From: Ancylonema sp.
Taxonomy: Eukaryota
Length of the DNA stretch: 20,000 nt
Assembly: GCA_050230475.1 (NCBI GenBank)
Contig: JBFLGF010000097.1
Location: forward strand, 50,435 to 70,434
Direction: 5' to 3'
How positions within the stretch are numbered: position 1 is the stretch's first letter; each line of letters begins with the position of its first letter. Both the position numbers and the translations under genes were made by a program. Shown here piece after piece: positions 1-10,158 of the stretch. The notes under the pieces were generated by a model. That model did not search any database and was not told the DNA's origin. It worked only from the letters and a program-made list of their open reading frames with translations.

Positions 1-398
1 CAAACACGGTGACCCTCGATTTGAATACTGAAAACCTGAATCCGGGTACTGCCACGTCATCAAGTGAATGGACATCACTTTTTGAGGATCTCTCGCCGAA
101 TCCTCATCACAAACTCTATGGAGGGAAATTTGGGACTTTCCAAATGTTGGACCCAAATGACATCAACAAGAGATGAAGCATTGAGAGATGACAAGTATGA
201 GAGAGGAAAGAAAAGAAAGAAGGGAATGTATGCGTGGCACTGGCAGTGGTATGCACTTAAGTGACCTCACCTTCTCATTTTCTTTTTCTCTTCTCAAAAC
301 GATTCGACCACGCAGTCATGCCAATCCTGAGCAAGCGCATGCCAAAACGACCGGGGTTGCAGGTTTTGATATCGGTACATATCTCTTCCCCAAACATT

Positions 399-625
399 TG
401 TATATATATATATGTGTGCGTGCGTTTGTGCGTGCGTGTGTGCTTGCGTGCGTGCGTACGTACATACAGACATACATGCATTCATACAGACATACATACA
501 TATACATATTCATATGTATATACATATACATACACATGTACATGAACATGTACATGTACATATATATATGCATATTTATATATATATATATGTATATATA
601 TATATACATATATATATATATACAT
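399..625. repeat. Compound microsatellite (TA)n / (TGCG)n / (TACA)n
   Basis: Directly visible low-complexity dinucleotide and tetranucleotide repeats. They explain the spurious YI/MY/CV-rich ORFs at 188-682. Confidence 0.95.
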
Positions 626-635
626 AATTTTTTTA

Positions 636-905
636 ACATGACTTCAATGGCTTCATTGGTTTTTATTTATTCATATCCATAACTATATATCTATATGCAT
701 ATGTATAAATATACATATATATAGTTATATATTTATATGTGTATGTAGATATATATATATGTATATATATATATACAAATATATATATACATATATAACT
801 ATGTATGTATAACTATATATGTATATGTATATTTATACATATGCATATAGATATATAGTTGTGGATATGAATAAGTAAAAATCAATGAAGCCATTGAAGT
901 CATGT
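636..905. repeat. Foldback inverted repeat (about 95-bp arms, TA-rich spacer)
   Basis: 636-730 (acatgacttcaatggcttcattggtttttatttattcatatccataactatatatctatatgcatatgtataaatatacatat...) is the near-perfect reverse complement of 809-905. Two ORFs on opposite strands share the peptide MTSMASL.F.YSYP. Confidence 0.9.
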
Positions 906-3284
906 GAAAAATGTCATTTTTTGAAGGTGGAAAACGAGTCGCCGTAAAGACTTTGAAATACCCTTCACCTAAAATTCCAAAGTCTGGAAACGGAAACGGA
1001 AACCACGAAAACTTGAATCGTTTCATTTGACAACCTGGAACCCAAAATCGTGACATTTTCTTCTCCTTTATTGCCCACCTATTCATTTCATCACTAAATC
1101 GGCTGCAACACTCTTCAAACGCGCCAATAAGTGTCCATTCCATCCAAAAGGAGTGACACGTATGCTCACAATTTTGGGTTTATGTTATTTCAGATCCCCC
1201 CCGTGTTGGTGGCTTCAGCTGCGTGTGCGGGTGTGGCAGGTGAGACCGAAACCTCCCCGAGATACGATTAACTCCTTTGATCTAATAGAGTCAGATGGGG
1301 GATCTACATCCATTCCTGTGCTCGATTTCGTTATATCGATTTCCCAATCAAGCGTGTGTGAGTTGATAAAATCGTTGTTGTCATAGCCATCCCTTTATTA
1401 TATATTATTCTTTGACCGGATCTAGGGATCCAGGGATGGGGTATAATCGGTATTTTTGAATCGGAGATATGAGAATCACGACGAAAATCAGAAGAACAAA
1501 ATGGTGAATATTTTGTTCGACCAAATAACATTGATCACGTTTTTCATTTTTATTTTTGGGCATGTGCAGCGGGAGCTCTCCCTGCCTTTGCTCAGCTGAT
1601 CACCTCAACCTATCACGCCACGTCAGCAGCCTCCCATGCCACCGTGTCAAAGGTGACTCACCAAGTGGAGGTGCGAATACAGGTTTGGCCCACACGTTCC
1701 CCCCCTCCCTTTTTTTTTTTTTTTTTTTTTTAAATTTATTTATTTATTTGGGGGTGAACTAATTTTTTTTCCGAAGTAATGAAGCATGTTTGTTTTCAAG
1801 AGGGATTCAATAACTAAGTCTGATTTGAGATTTCGGTTTTTGGTTTGCACTGTGCGTACACCATCGATGCTGCATGTGCTGCCTGTGCTTGTGACATATA
1901 AACTCAGTGCGTTTTTTTGGTATTCGACACCACAATTTCGCATACTCTGAATGTATTTGTTTGGTTCCTGGCAAAAGGCAGAAGGCAAAAGGCAACATGC
2001 AACCCAAACTAAATAGCGAGATGATATGAATTTTTATTAAAAAAACAAACTTATTCAAACAAAATATAATGAAAATAAATATACAAACTTATTAACAAAA
2101 CAAACAAAATTAACAAAACAATGGATGAAGACTTTGGACAAATTCACCATTCGTCCCATCACCATCGCGCTTTTGCAGGAAAGCGAACGCAAATCATCCG
2201 CTGAAGAGTGAGGGAGAAGATTACAGCCACTTTCGTGATCCCTCCGTGTCGTGTCAAGGGGAGAAAAAAAGAATGTGGATTTTATTCGGCTCTACAAGTT
2301 GTATGAACCTCATCAATGGATTGAGGTGGTCGTTAAATTTAATATGCAGAGCTCAATTTGAGACGAGGCAAACACAGATTTTTTGGCACAAGCACTTTCA
2401 ATCTCGAACAACATCACTTGTACATAGATGTGTAGGCTTGGAATTGATGGATGTAATGATGTCGAGTTTAAAATCCCCGGTTCGATCAATATGAGTCGTG
2501 ATTCCTCGTGTCATGTGTGCATACTTTGTAGAATGGAAAGCCCAATTGTAAGAATGTTCACCTCATCCGCACATCGCAAGCTGAATGGTTGAGAGTTTAA
2601 ATCCTGGGTCCTCAATGTATTTCCAATGTACGAGGGTTGTGCAAATAAATATAGTTGTAATTACCGGAGTGAGTACCCATTTGTTCTCACAAATCACAAA
2701 TAGCAAATAACCAATATTTGTCAAATTACATGCTTACAAGCCACTTTTTTGGATATTCGTAATTTAATTAGGGTACGAATAAATCAAATACGGTACCACA
2801 CAAACATGGTACGGAAGCTAGAGATGACATGCTTTCATTTTTTGGTCGTGCCAATTTGCTAAATAAATAAAGGCGAGAATATTGCCAATTTAATCACTAG
2901 GGTAAAAGTCTAAACCAGATGCTTGAAGAGCATTTGGCATGTAGCTTTCCGCCACCATTAAGTTCGTAGGAACCTCTCCCGAACACTTGTCTAGCAACAA
3001 CAAACGGTTATTCTACATGCCTACATTAGTACATATTATCCACTATTGGCCACTAAACTTCTGAGCACTAGCATGCGCCTGATCATTATATTCAGTCAAT
3101 CGCTGCAAGTCTCACTTTCCATATTTTGTCGAATACCCCTAATGAGTAATCGACGCAAGCGTACTCCCTCTTAATAAATAAAACAATGAAATACTCGGAT
3201 GACGAATTCCCGTTCACTACTACCTACATTGCTTTCTGCCCCATTCCAACATTCCCACTTTCATCAATTTTGCTAAGTTCTGTT

Positions 3285-3590
3285 CTAGCCACTTGACGTA
3301 CCCATAAGCAACTTCTCGAACTCCAATATTTTCACCCCCACATGCTTGGTCACCTGCTTAGCGGCCATGCCCCACATTTCTACAAACTCCACATCAAACC
3401 CGCCCTCATCGATCCGCCCCCGAATGAAATGATAGCGGATCGCAATATGCTTACTTCGCAAATGGAATACCGGATTCTTGGGCCACCTTCATGGAATTAT
3501 GATTGTCGACCGAAAGCAAAATGCCCCCCTCATCCGGCCCCACCCCCATCTCCACCTGCAACATACGAAGGTAAAGCCCCTCCTTGGCTA
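3285..3590 (-). mobile_element. Degenerate Ty1/copia LTR retrotransposon pol C-terminus (RNase H)
   Basis: Manual minus-strand translation gives AKEGLYLRMLQVEMGVGPDEGGILLSVDNHNSMKVA, then a +1 frameshift at about 3480, then KNPVFHLRSKHIAIRYHFIRGRIDEGGFDVEFVEMWGMAAKQVTK...G*. This matches the copia RNase H consensus (EALWL...DNQSAIALAKNPVFH.RTKHIDIRYHFIRE...MLADILTK). It is followed on the minus strand by a purine tract (gatgaaagtgggaa) and TGTTGG starting at 3251, as expected for PPT plus 3' LTR start. Confidence 0.85.
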
Positions 3591-4042
3591 CCAATTTCCG
3601 AAACCTTGCCACTGTGAAACCCTATCATGTGGAGAATGTGGTGGAGCCCTACCGCATCCCAAATGACGTACTGAAAGAAAAAAAAAACCTCCTTTTCTTA
3701 TCAATGCTTATCATTTACGTTGACATGAAGGAGAATTATGTGTTATTGAAAAACGACGGGAACCCCATTTCATTACAAAAACGTGCTTGTGTAGAAATTG
3801 CATATCCTAAAATTGACAAATATGTGAGCTAATCGTCCTACACAAAACTATCAACAACATGTAACTCCGCAAAAGAAAGTAGAGCGCGCGGTGGTGGGGG
3901 AGGCAACAAGGCCATGCATTGCTCTAGACGTAGGGTTCGAGCATGTATCACATGTGCTAGTGATGGTTGTAATGCCATCGACACTCTGTGACGGAACCAT
4001 GTGCACAACAAGCTTATAGAGGGCCCCGATCTTGAACTATCT

Positions 4043-4400
4043 CTAGATGCTCACGTTGCACACTCGTAAAATTCGATCCGACCTATCAGACAATGCACCA
4101 TATGTCTCAAAATCGAAGGGCATAAATTTCGTCCCAAGTGCGAGATCCCGATAGTGGGTGTCCTTCCTTCGCTCCGCATCTTTAGTGGTGACAAGATCGT
4201 GTCTAGTAGCGCGTTCCACCAAATCACGACGGGTAGGGTCCACAACTATAATGTCGACCAAAATGTGCCTCCGAAATCCGAAATAACAATGTCCACATGC
4301 CCTTTGCGCCCCCCGGATGCAGATGAAGGAAGGACGCCAATGCGCTCTCGATCCGCATGCTACCACGACTCAAAACTACATATACTTTTGCAGAAGCAGG
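4043..4400 (-). mobile_element. Non-LTR retrotransposon remnant, restriction-like endonuclease (RLE) domain, CRE/R2-type
   Basis: Joining minus-strand frames gives ...GGRKGHVDIVISDFG / HILVDIIVVDPTRRDLVERATRHDLVTTKDAERRKDTHYRDLALGTKFMPFDFETYGALS. This follows the RLE pattern (R/H.D...D..V...AE..K...Y...F.P...ET.G). It is frameshifted and has no RT domain in the window. Confidence 0.7.
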
Positions 4401-4431
4401 ACACAATTTAAATGACTGGGTATCGCCTCTA

Positions 4432-4916
4432 CAGTTTTGAAATAAACTAAATAATCGTTCTAGGCATACCTTTGGGACACGGGAAATGTGTGCCTATAAT
4501 GTGGTTGAGTCTGTAACAAATATATGCGTTATAGGCATGTTTGCCACATCTGGCCCTTAGGTCAGATGGGCCCCTAACGAGGGAAATCCAAAATTTTGCT
4601 CCCAGATCACGGGAACTATCTGTCATGTCGGTTTACCTTTATGGTCATGCAGTTTTGACTTATTGGCGCGTTAAGAAGTACAAATTCATTATGACCACTC
4701 TGATTAAAAAAGTAGATGACGTTCGTCGATTTTCCCCCCGGCTCCTAGTTGACGTCATTACACTTTATGACGTCATAATTCGTTACAGGCAAAAATCGCC
4801 CTTTTCTTTTTGCCTATAACGAAGACGATTTGGCGGGGAAAAGTCGGTGCACACGATTTCGATGCCTGTACCGCGATTTTGTCCATAACGAGGGTGCCCA
4901 TAACGAGTATTAACTG
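4432..4916. mobile_element. Putative Tc1/mariner-pogo-type MITE (CAGT...ACTG ends, TA flanks)
   Basis: The right end reverse-complements to TA|CAGTTAATACTCGTTATGGGCA. The left end is TA|CAGTT[13-nt insert]AATAATCGTTCTAGGCA (14/17 match after the insert). An internal motif tgcctataac / gttataggca recurs at about 4457, 4491, 4528, 4781, 4811, 4881 and 4896. Confidence 0.55.
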
Positions 4917-5005
4917 TACTCCGTTACCGTCCGAGGGGCATCCGGCGCCAGGAACAGCGCCCGTCCGTCTTTTGTCAATATATTCATACTAAATTCACGA
5001 GAATA

Positions 5006-5163
5006 CAGTAAATATCATAATATACAATTCTTCTATAATAGAGTATACCTATATTATATAATATATATATATTCAATAAACCGTCGTTGATTGAAAAACA
5101 ACGGGAACCCCATCTCATGACAATATTGTGTAGCTGTGCTGTGCCTATAACGAGTATTCACTG
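5006..5163. mobile_element. Second pogo/Tc1-like MITE fragment (repeated at 9608-9765)
   Basis: The right end gtgcctataacgagtattcactg|ta nearly equals the end at 4895-4918. The left end TA|CAGTAAATA is a weak match. The interior 5090-5123 matches 3745-3778 at 31/34 nt. Confidence 0.4.
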
Positions 5164-5556
5164 TACTTTCACGCGTTCTTGCAATTTCAATTTTGTGCGG
5201 TTGTAATCCCAAATGACGTCAGTTTAGCGAACATTTGTAGCAAAATGACTACAACATATTTGTCCTGGTTCTCCCTGTACAAAATTGGAATTCCCATCCT
5301 GACATGCTAATATTTACGGGATCTTCCCTCTCTCGGACCCCGCACATGTTCAGCACAAGCTCCATCTCTGAGCAGGGTTCCAGCAGTTTCAAAGCGACTG
5401 TCGTCGTTGCCACCTGCCGTTGCGAATGCGATGAGATGTAACAGACAAGAAACTCATCAACCATGATTACGGGTGTTCAGAGTCCCCATAATGTCTCTGC
5501 TTTGAGTCTCCCATGTTAGAGTCAATCGACCATCGCCTTGATCGCTGCGTGGAGCC

Positions 5557-8026
5557 ATGTTTTTCCTTCTGAAGTTAGAAAAGAACCTCCAACTACATCC
5601 ACGTTTCTTCGGGCGTGGATTGCGCCAAAAGCTCGAGGAGAAACTAAAGGAGGAGGTCGAGGGGACATGCACGTGCGTACGCCTGAACCTGAACATCATT
5701 TTTATTCTGTGATGGCAAATCGAGACCAGGAAAAATCAGGATTTACCTGCTTTCCGCGAGAAAGGGACGGAAACCGATTCTTTTGATGTGATTCTGCCCT
5801 ATGCCAAAATGGCAACTTTGAGTCGCTCCTTGCAGTACATATTGCTGACGTCCGCATCCGGAGTCGAAGACAAAAAAATTCCATCTGCTCCTTCAAATAT
5901 TAGTATTATTATTATATTGTTATTACATTGTTATATTGTTAAATTGTTATATTATTAATGTATTAATATATTAATATATTGTATTATTATATTATTACAT
6001 TATTACATTATTACATTATTATTATATTATTATATTATTGTATTATTATATTATTATTAAATTATTATTAAATTGGTACAACCAGAAATTTGCCTGACCG
6101 CAACAATTCTTTTCCTGCCCCGGCCCTCTTCCATCCCACCAAAAATAATTTTATCCTTTTCGTGCATTCTTTTCTACATAATTATCCGAAATCTTCCATA
6201 TCTACCTGCGTAGATTAAAAAATGTTTCAGGGTAAATCATAGACACCCAGATATTTCACTTCCAACCCACCCCTCAACCCCACCCTTAGGAAGGGGGGCA
6301 TGGTAGGCAAGCCCTAAACCCTAACCTCTGAATCCCACCTCTAAACCCTAAACCATTCACCCTGAACCCTGGCCATCGTCTGCGGTGCACAGGGGCCGTC
6401 ACGGGTTCATAGTTTGTGTGGAGCGTGTGCTGGCCACGGGTACGGGGATGATCCGCGACGGCACCGGGTATGTCTCCTTCCCGGTGAAGTATGAGGCGGT
6501 GGTGTTCCGCCCATTCAAGGGGGAGGTGCTAGAGGCGGTGGTCACGATTGTGAACAAGGTGCCTATCATGTACTCCCACTTTCCCCTTGCTTCTTACCCT
6601 CTATTGTTGTGCTGCACAAGTGCTGTTTAGCCCTGTTTACGTTCATTTTTTATTTTATTTTGGTGCGAAACATGACTGCATGCGATTCAGTAATCAGGAC
6701 TGCATGTGATTCATACACAGTAGAAGACTTGGTTACTAACCCCAAAACTCCCAAAAACCCTAAAGTTCAGCTGGAAATGGTCGAAAATGTGGCAAAAAGA
6801 AAAAAATTACCCGTCATCATGGCGCATTGCGAGTATCGATGGTACACACATGTTGGTGTTGGGTATTTTGGGTATTGGGTTCAGATGGGGTTCTTTGCTG
6901 AGGCGGGACCCGTCCAAATCTTCGTATCGAGTCATGTGAGTCCACCCCTTCATCATCTCTACACCCATATTGAAATGATTTATTTTTAATTGCTCGTCCC
7001 AACCCCCATCCCCAGTCCCCCATCCGCATCCATGCGACTTCAACCCTAACAAGGATGTCATCGGTTTGTTTTTGGGAACAGCTCATTCCCGAAAACATGA
7101 AATTCACGACGGGAGACGTGAACTGCTACCTGCAAGTCGAGGGGACGGTAGGGTGGACTGGGGGGGTGGGGACGAATGGGATGGGGGTTGGCTATCGTCC
7201 CCTTGAGTGGGCAGGAAGGGTCGCACTTTGTCGCGAGGTTTAAGGTTTAAGGTTTGAGGTTTGAGGTTTAAGGTTCAAGGTTTGAGGTTTGTTTGGGTAT
7301 TGGTGGTCTAGTTTAGGAAGTTTAGTTCTGGGCGGGCTAGTCATGAGAGTCGTGAAAATTTAGTCGCTCTCATTACATTTGTCGTACGACTAATAGTGTG
7401 GGTCGGATTCTTTTGCAGTTCCGATGTTTGTCACGCAATCCCAAAAGTTGTGGACTCGAACACGCAACATTTGGCTGTAGACTTATTATTCTCCCCTTCT
7501 CCTTTCCGCAACATGCGTACCTTTCAGCTCAAAATCCAAAAGGATAGCGAAGTGCTGCTGAGGGTGGTGGGCACGAGAGTTGATGCCACAGAAATCGTGA
7601 GACTCTCCACGAATCCCCTAAAAAAGCTTTACAAAAGTGGAAATGTATCTGTCATGGCTGTTCATTGTCTCGATACAAACAATATCCCCCTGTCCATGAC
7701 CTAGACACCACGATGTTGTACATTGTGTGGTAGGGGATCTCCTTCTTTGCATCATGTATCCTTTGTTGTGGGGTAGGGTAGGGGGGTTTACATTTACATG
7801 CATGTACATTTTACATTACAAGGGTGGCCCTTGGCGTCTGGAGATTGTGGTGGGGTTGAAAAAAAAATGTGATTCGTTATACGAAGTCAGTGTCAAGAGG
7901 TGAGCCTATTCTATGTTTTCTCTCAATTTTATTTTTGTGGGGGTTCTGAATTGACTCGCGCAGTTCTGCATTGGAACGATCAAAGACAACTTTTTGGGAC
8001 TCAATCCAAACATGGAGATCGCATAG
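5557..8026 (+). CDS. RPB7: DNA-directed RNA polymerase II subunit RPB7, copy A (6 exons, 176 aa)
   Basis: Exons 5557-5672, 6393-6558, 6885-6935, 7082-7147, 7528-7596, 7964-8026, all GT-AG with consistent phases. Protein: MFFLLKLEKNLQLHPRFFGRGLRQKLEEKLKEEVEGTCTGRHGFIVCV...FPVKYEAVVFRPFKGEVLEAVVTIVNKMGFFAEAGPVQIFVSSHLIP...VGTRVDATEIFCIGTIKDNFLGLNPNMEIA*. These are hallmark RPB7 motifs at typical plant NRPB7 length. Confidence 0.96.
5897..6074. repeat. AT-rich (TATTATTA-like) low-complexity tract in RPB7-A intron 1
   Basis: Degenerate TTA/8-mer repeats at the position homologous to the long satellite in copy B. Confidence 0.9.
6311..6370 (+). repeat. Degenerate telomere-like (CCCTAAA / telo-box) repeats in RPB7-A intron 1
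   Basis: ccctaaaccctaacc...ctaaaccctaaacc...ccctgaaccct. A longer version lies in copy B at about 11880-12025. Confidence 0.7.
7237..7291 (+). repeat. 7-bp tandem repeat GGTTT(A/G)A, telomere-like, in RPB7-A intron 4
   Basis: ggtttaa ggtttaa ggtttga ggtttga ggtttaa ggttcaa ggtttga ggtttg. Only about 2-3 units remain at the homologous site in copy B (12879-12898). Confidence 0.8.
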
Positions 8027-9073
8027 AGGAGCAATCAAATTTTGGCAGTAGAGGCTGGTACTCCCTCGCTTCATACCCATTTGTCTTACACTCTGTCGTG
8101 GACGCTGTCCAATTGTCGAGGTGTAGGATCATCTTTATAGAGTGGGCGTTTGATTAGGGTGTCTGGATTTCTGATTCACTTGCAAGTGTGGGCCACTTGG
8201 TGTGGTTTGGAGGAGGCAGAAGTGGATGAGTGAGTGCCGATAGGTCATTGTGTTTTTCGACATGCAAAATTGACCTTCATCTTGGTCTTGAGGCTTTATG
8301 GGGCACACATTTATCCATGTCTCATTAGAGCATTGTGGTGAACTCGTAAAGAAGTTGATAGGGTTCGATGTGAGGATATGTACGAATCCAATGTCCGCGT
8401 TGTTTAAGTACGTACGCTACGTACAATGTAGGTTGACGATCGACAAGGGGAAGAAGATAGAATTGAGTGTGGCGATAAAATTGTCATAATTAAGCACGAT
8501 TTTTAAAATAATATTAGACGTGGTTTCACGATTTGCAAATTGAGGTCAAACGTATTGTGTACAGATATGCACTACGGTGTGTGTAATTTCTTTTGTAATT
8601 TCACTTGCTAGATGGAATCGAGATGCCATACGCTTGCATCGAGTCATTCACTATCATAACTTTCGGGTACTTGACGAGGCTTTAAAAAAACAGTTTATTT
8701 GCTTTGGGTGGACAATTTAAGTGACCTTAATACAAGGCCCGTCCGTACACAACCTAGGATAGCAGACAGGGCTTTCCCCTCCAAAACTGAAATCGGGCGA
8801 GAACTTTTGACTCTCAAAATAATTCGTGTTGGGCCGGCAAGACACCGGCCGTGTCAGAGACCCGGTACAGCGTCAGAAACGCCAGAGCTGGTACGCCTTG
8901 GCGGACACGGACCGTGTCGAACACGGGAGGGGCGCTAATCGGCGTGGTTTTGAATCTGCGCCATGCGGCGCAATGCCTGCGCAGCGGACTACATGTGGGC
9001 AAGAGAGATGCGTTCGGGACTGGCTGACGGCTGACGGCTGTGTCAGAGTGGGCACCCTGCTTCTACACCAGAG

Positions 9074-9387
9074 ATGGCGCCCCAGACGCTACCCCCGAAG
9101 GAGGCCAACCAATTCAAGCTGATCGTGGTCAGTATCCTCTTTTTCTTCGTGAATATCAATTTTCGTCGTAATTAAAAACCGAAGAATTGTTGCAGCTCGT
9201 CAGTGCTGGACGAAATGAAATGAACCTGCTTTGCTCCGCGAAGCAAGAAGTGATTTTCCTGCTTTTCCCTTCGAGAACTGGCTAAAATTTTCTGACTTCT
9301 GTCCGCAGAAAGCTTACGAATCGAAGCAGTACAAGAAGGGCCTGAAAGCATCCGACAGCATACTGAAGAAGATGCCTGACCATGGAG
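9074..9387 (+). CDS. NAA15: NAA15 5' fragment (exons 1-2 only), truncated at the N at 9430
   Basis: Exons 9074-9127 ([18 protein letters not shown]) and 9309-9387 ([26 protein letters not shown]). Splice sites are intact, with only 2 synonymous differences from the full copy. The sequence breaks inside intron 2 at the N. Confidence 0.85.
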
Positions 9388-9429
9388 GTAAGCAGCTGGA
9401 AGAGAATTTCGACGCTAAAAGCTTTCCGG

Positions 9430-9430
9430 N
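9430..9430. other. Single-N assembly gap/junction between the two copies
   Basis: The only ambiguous base in the window, exactly at the copy A end / copy B start boundary. Confidence 0.9.
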
Positions 9431-10158
9431 ATTGGCGGGGAAAAGTCGGTGCACACGATTTCGATGCCTGTACCGCGATTTTGTCCATAACGAGGGTGCC
9501 CATAACGAGTATTAACTGTACTCCGTTACCGTCCGAGGGGCATCCGGCGCCAGGAACAGCGCCCGTCCGTCTTTTGTCAATATATTCATACTAAATTCAC
9601 GAGAATACAGTAAATATCATAATATACAATTCTTCTATAATAGAGTATACCTATATTATATAATATATATATATTCAATAAACCGTCGTTGATTGAAAAA
9701 CAACGGGAACCCCATCTCATGACAATATTGTGTAGCTGTGCTGTGCCTATAACGAGTATTCACTGTACTTTCACGCGTTCTTGCAATTTCAATTTTGTGC
9801 GGTTGTAATCCCAAATGACGTCAGTTTAGCGAACATTTGTAGCAAAATGACTACAACATATTTGTCCTGGTTCTCCCTGTACAAAATTGGAATTCCCATC
9901 CTGACATGCTAATATTTACGGGATCTTCCCTCTCTCGGACCCCGCACATGTTCAGCACAAGCTCCATCTCTGAGCAGGGTTCCAGCAGTTTCAAAGCGAC
10001 TGTCGTCGTTGCCACCTGCCGTTGCGAATGCGATGAGATGTAACAGACAAGAAACTCATCAACCATGATTACGGGTGTTCAGAGTCCCCATAATGTCTCT
10101 GCTTTGAGTCTCCCATGTTAGAGTCAATCGACCATCGCCTTGATCGCTGCGTGGAGCC

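Larger units (their letters stand above)
4830..9429 (+). repeat. Copy A of the duplicated RPB7-NAA15(5') block
   Basis: 4830-5972 is identical (by eye and by identical ORF translations) to 9432-10574, and 9321-9429 is identical to 14844-14952. The interval between is collinear but diverged. Confidence 0.95.

Noticed and set aside
188..682. Several overlapping ORFs rich in Y/I/M/C/V
   Set aside because: Microsatellite translation artefacts.
2240..2700. Possible decayed coding or transposon fragment
   Set aside because: The provided ORF and the minus-strand frames I translated by hand gave no recognisable motif.
8699..9122. ORFs upstream of NAA15 (also 14330-14557) as conserved uORFs or small genes
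   Set aside because: Frames and stops are not preserved between the copies because of indels, and most starts are non-ATG. This is GC-rich promoter/5' UTR sequence.
9074..9429. NAA15 pseudogene
   Set aside because: There are no disabling mutations and only synonymous differences. The truncation coincides exactly with the N, so incomplete assembly is more parsimonious.
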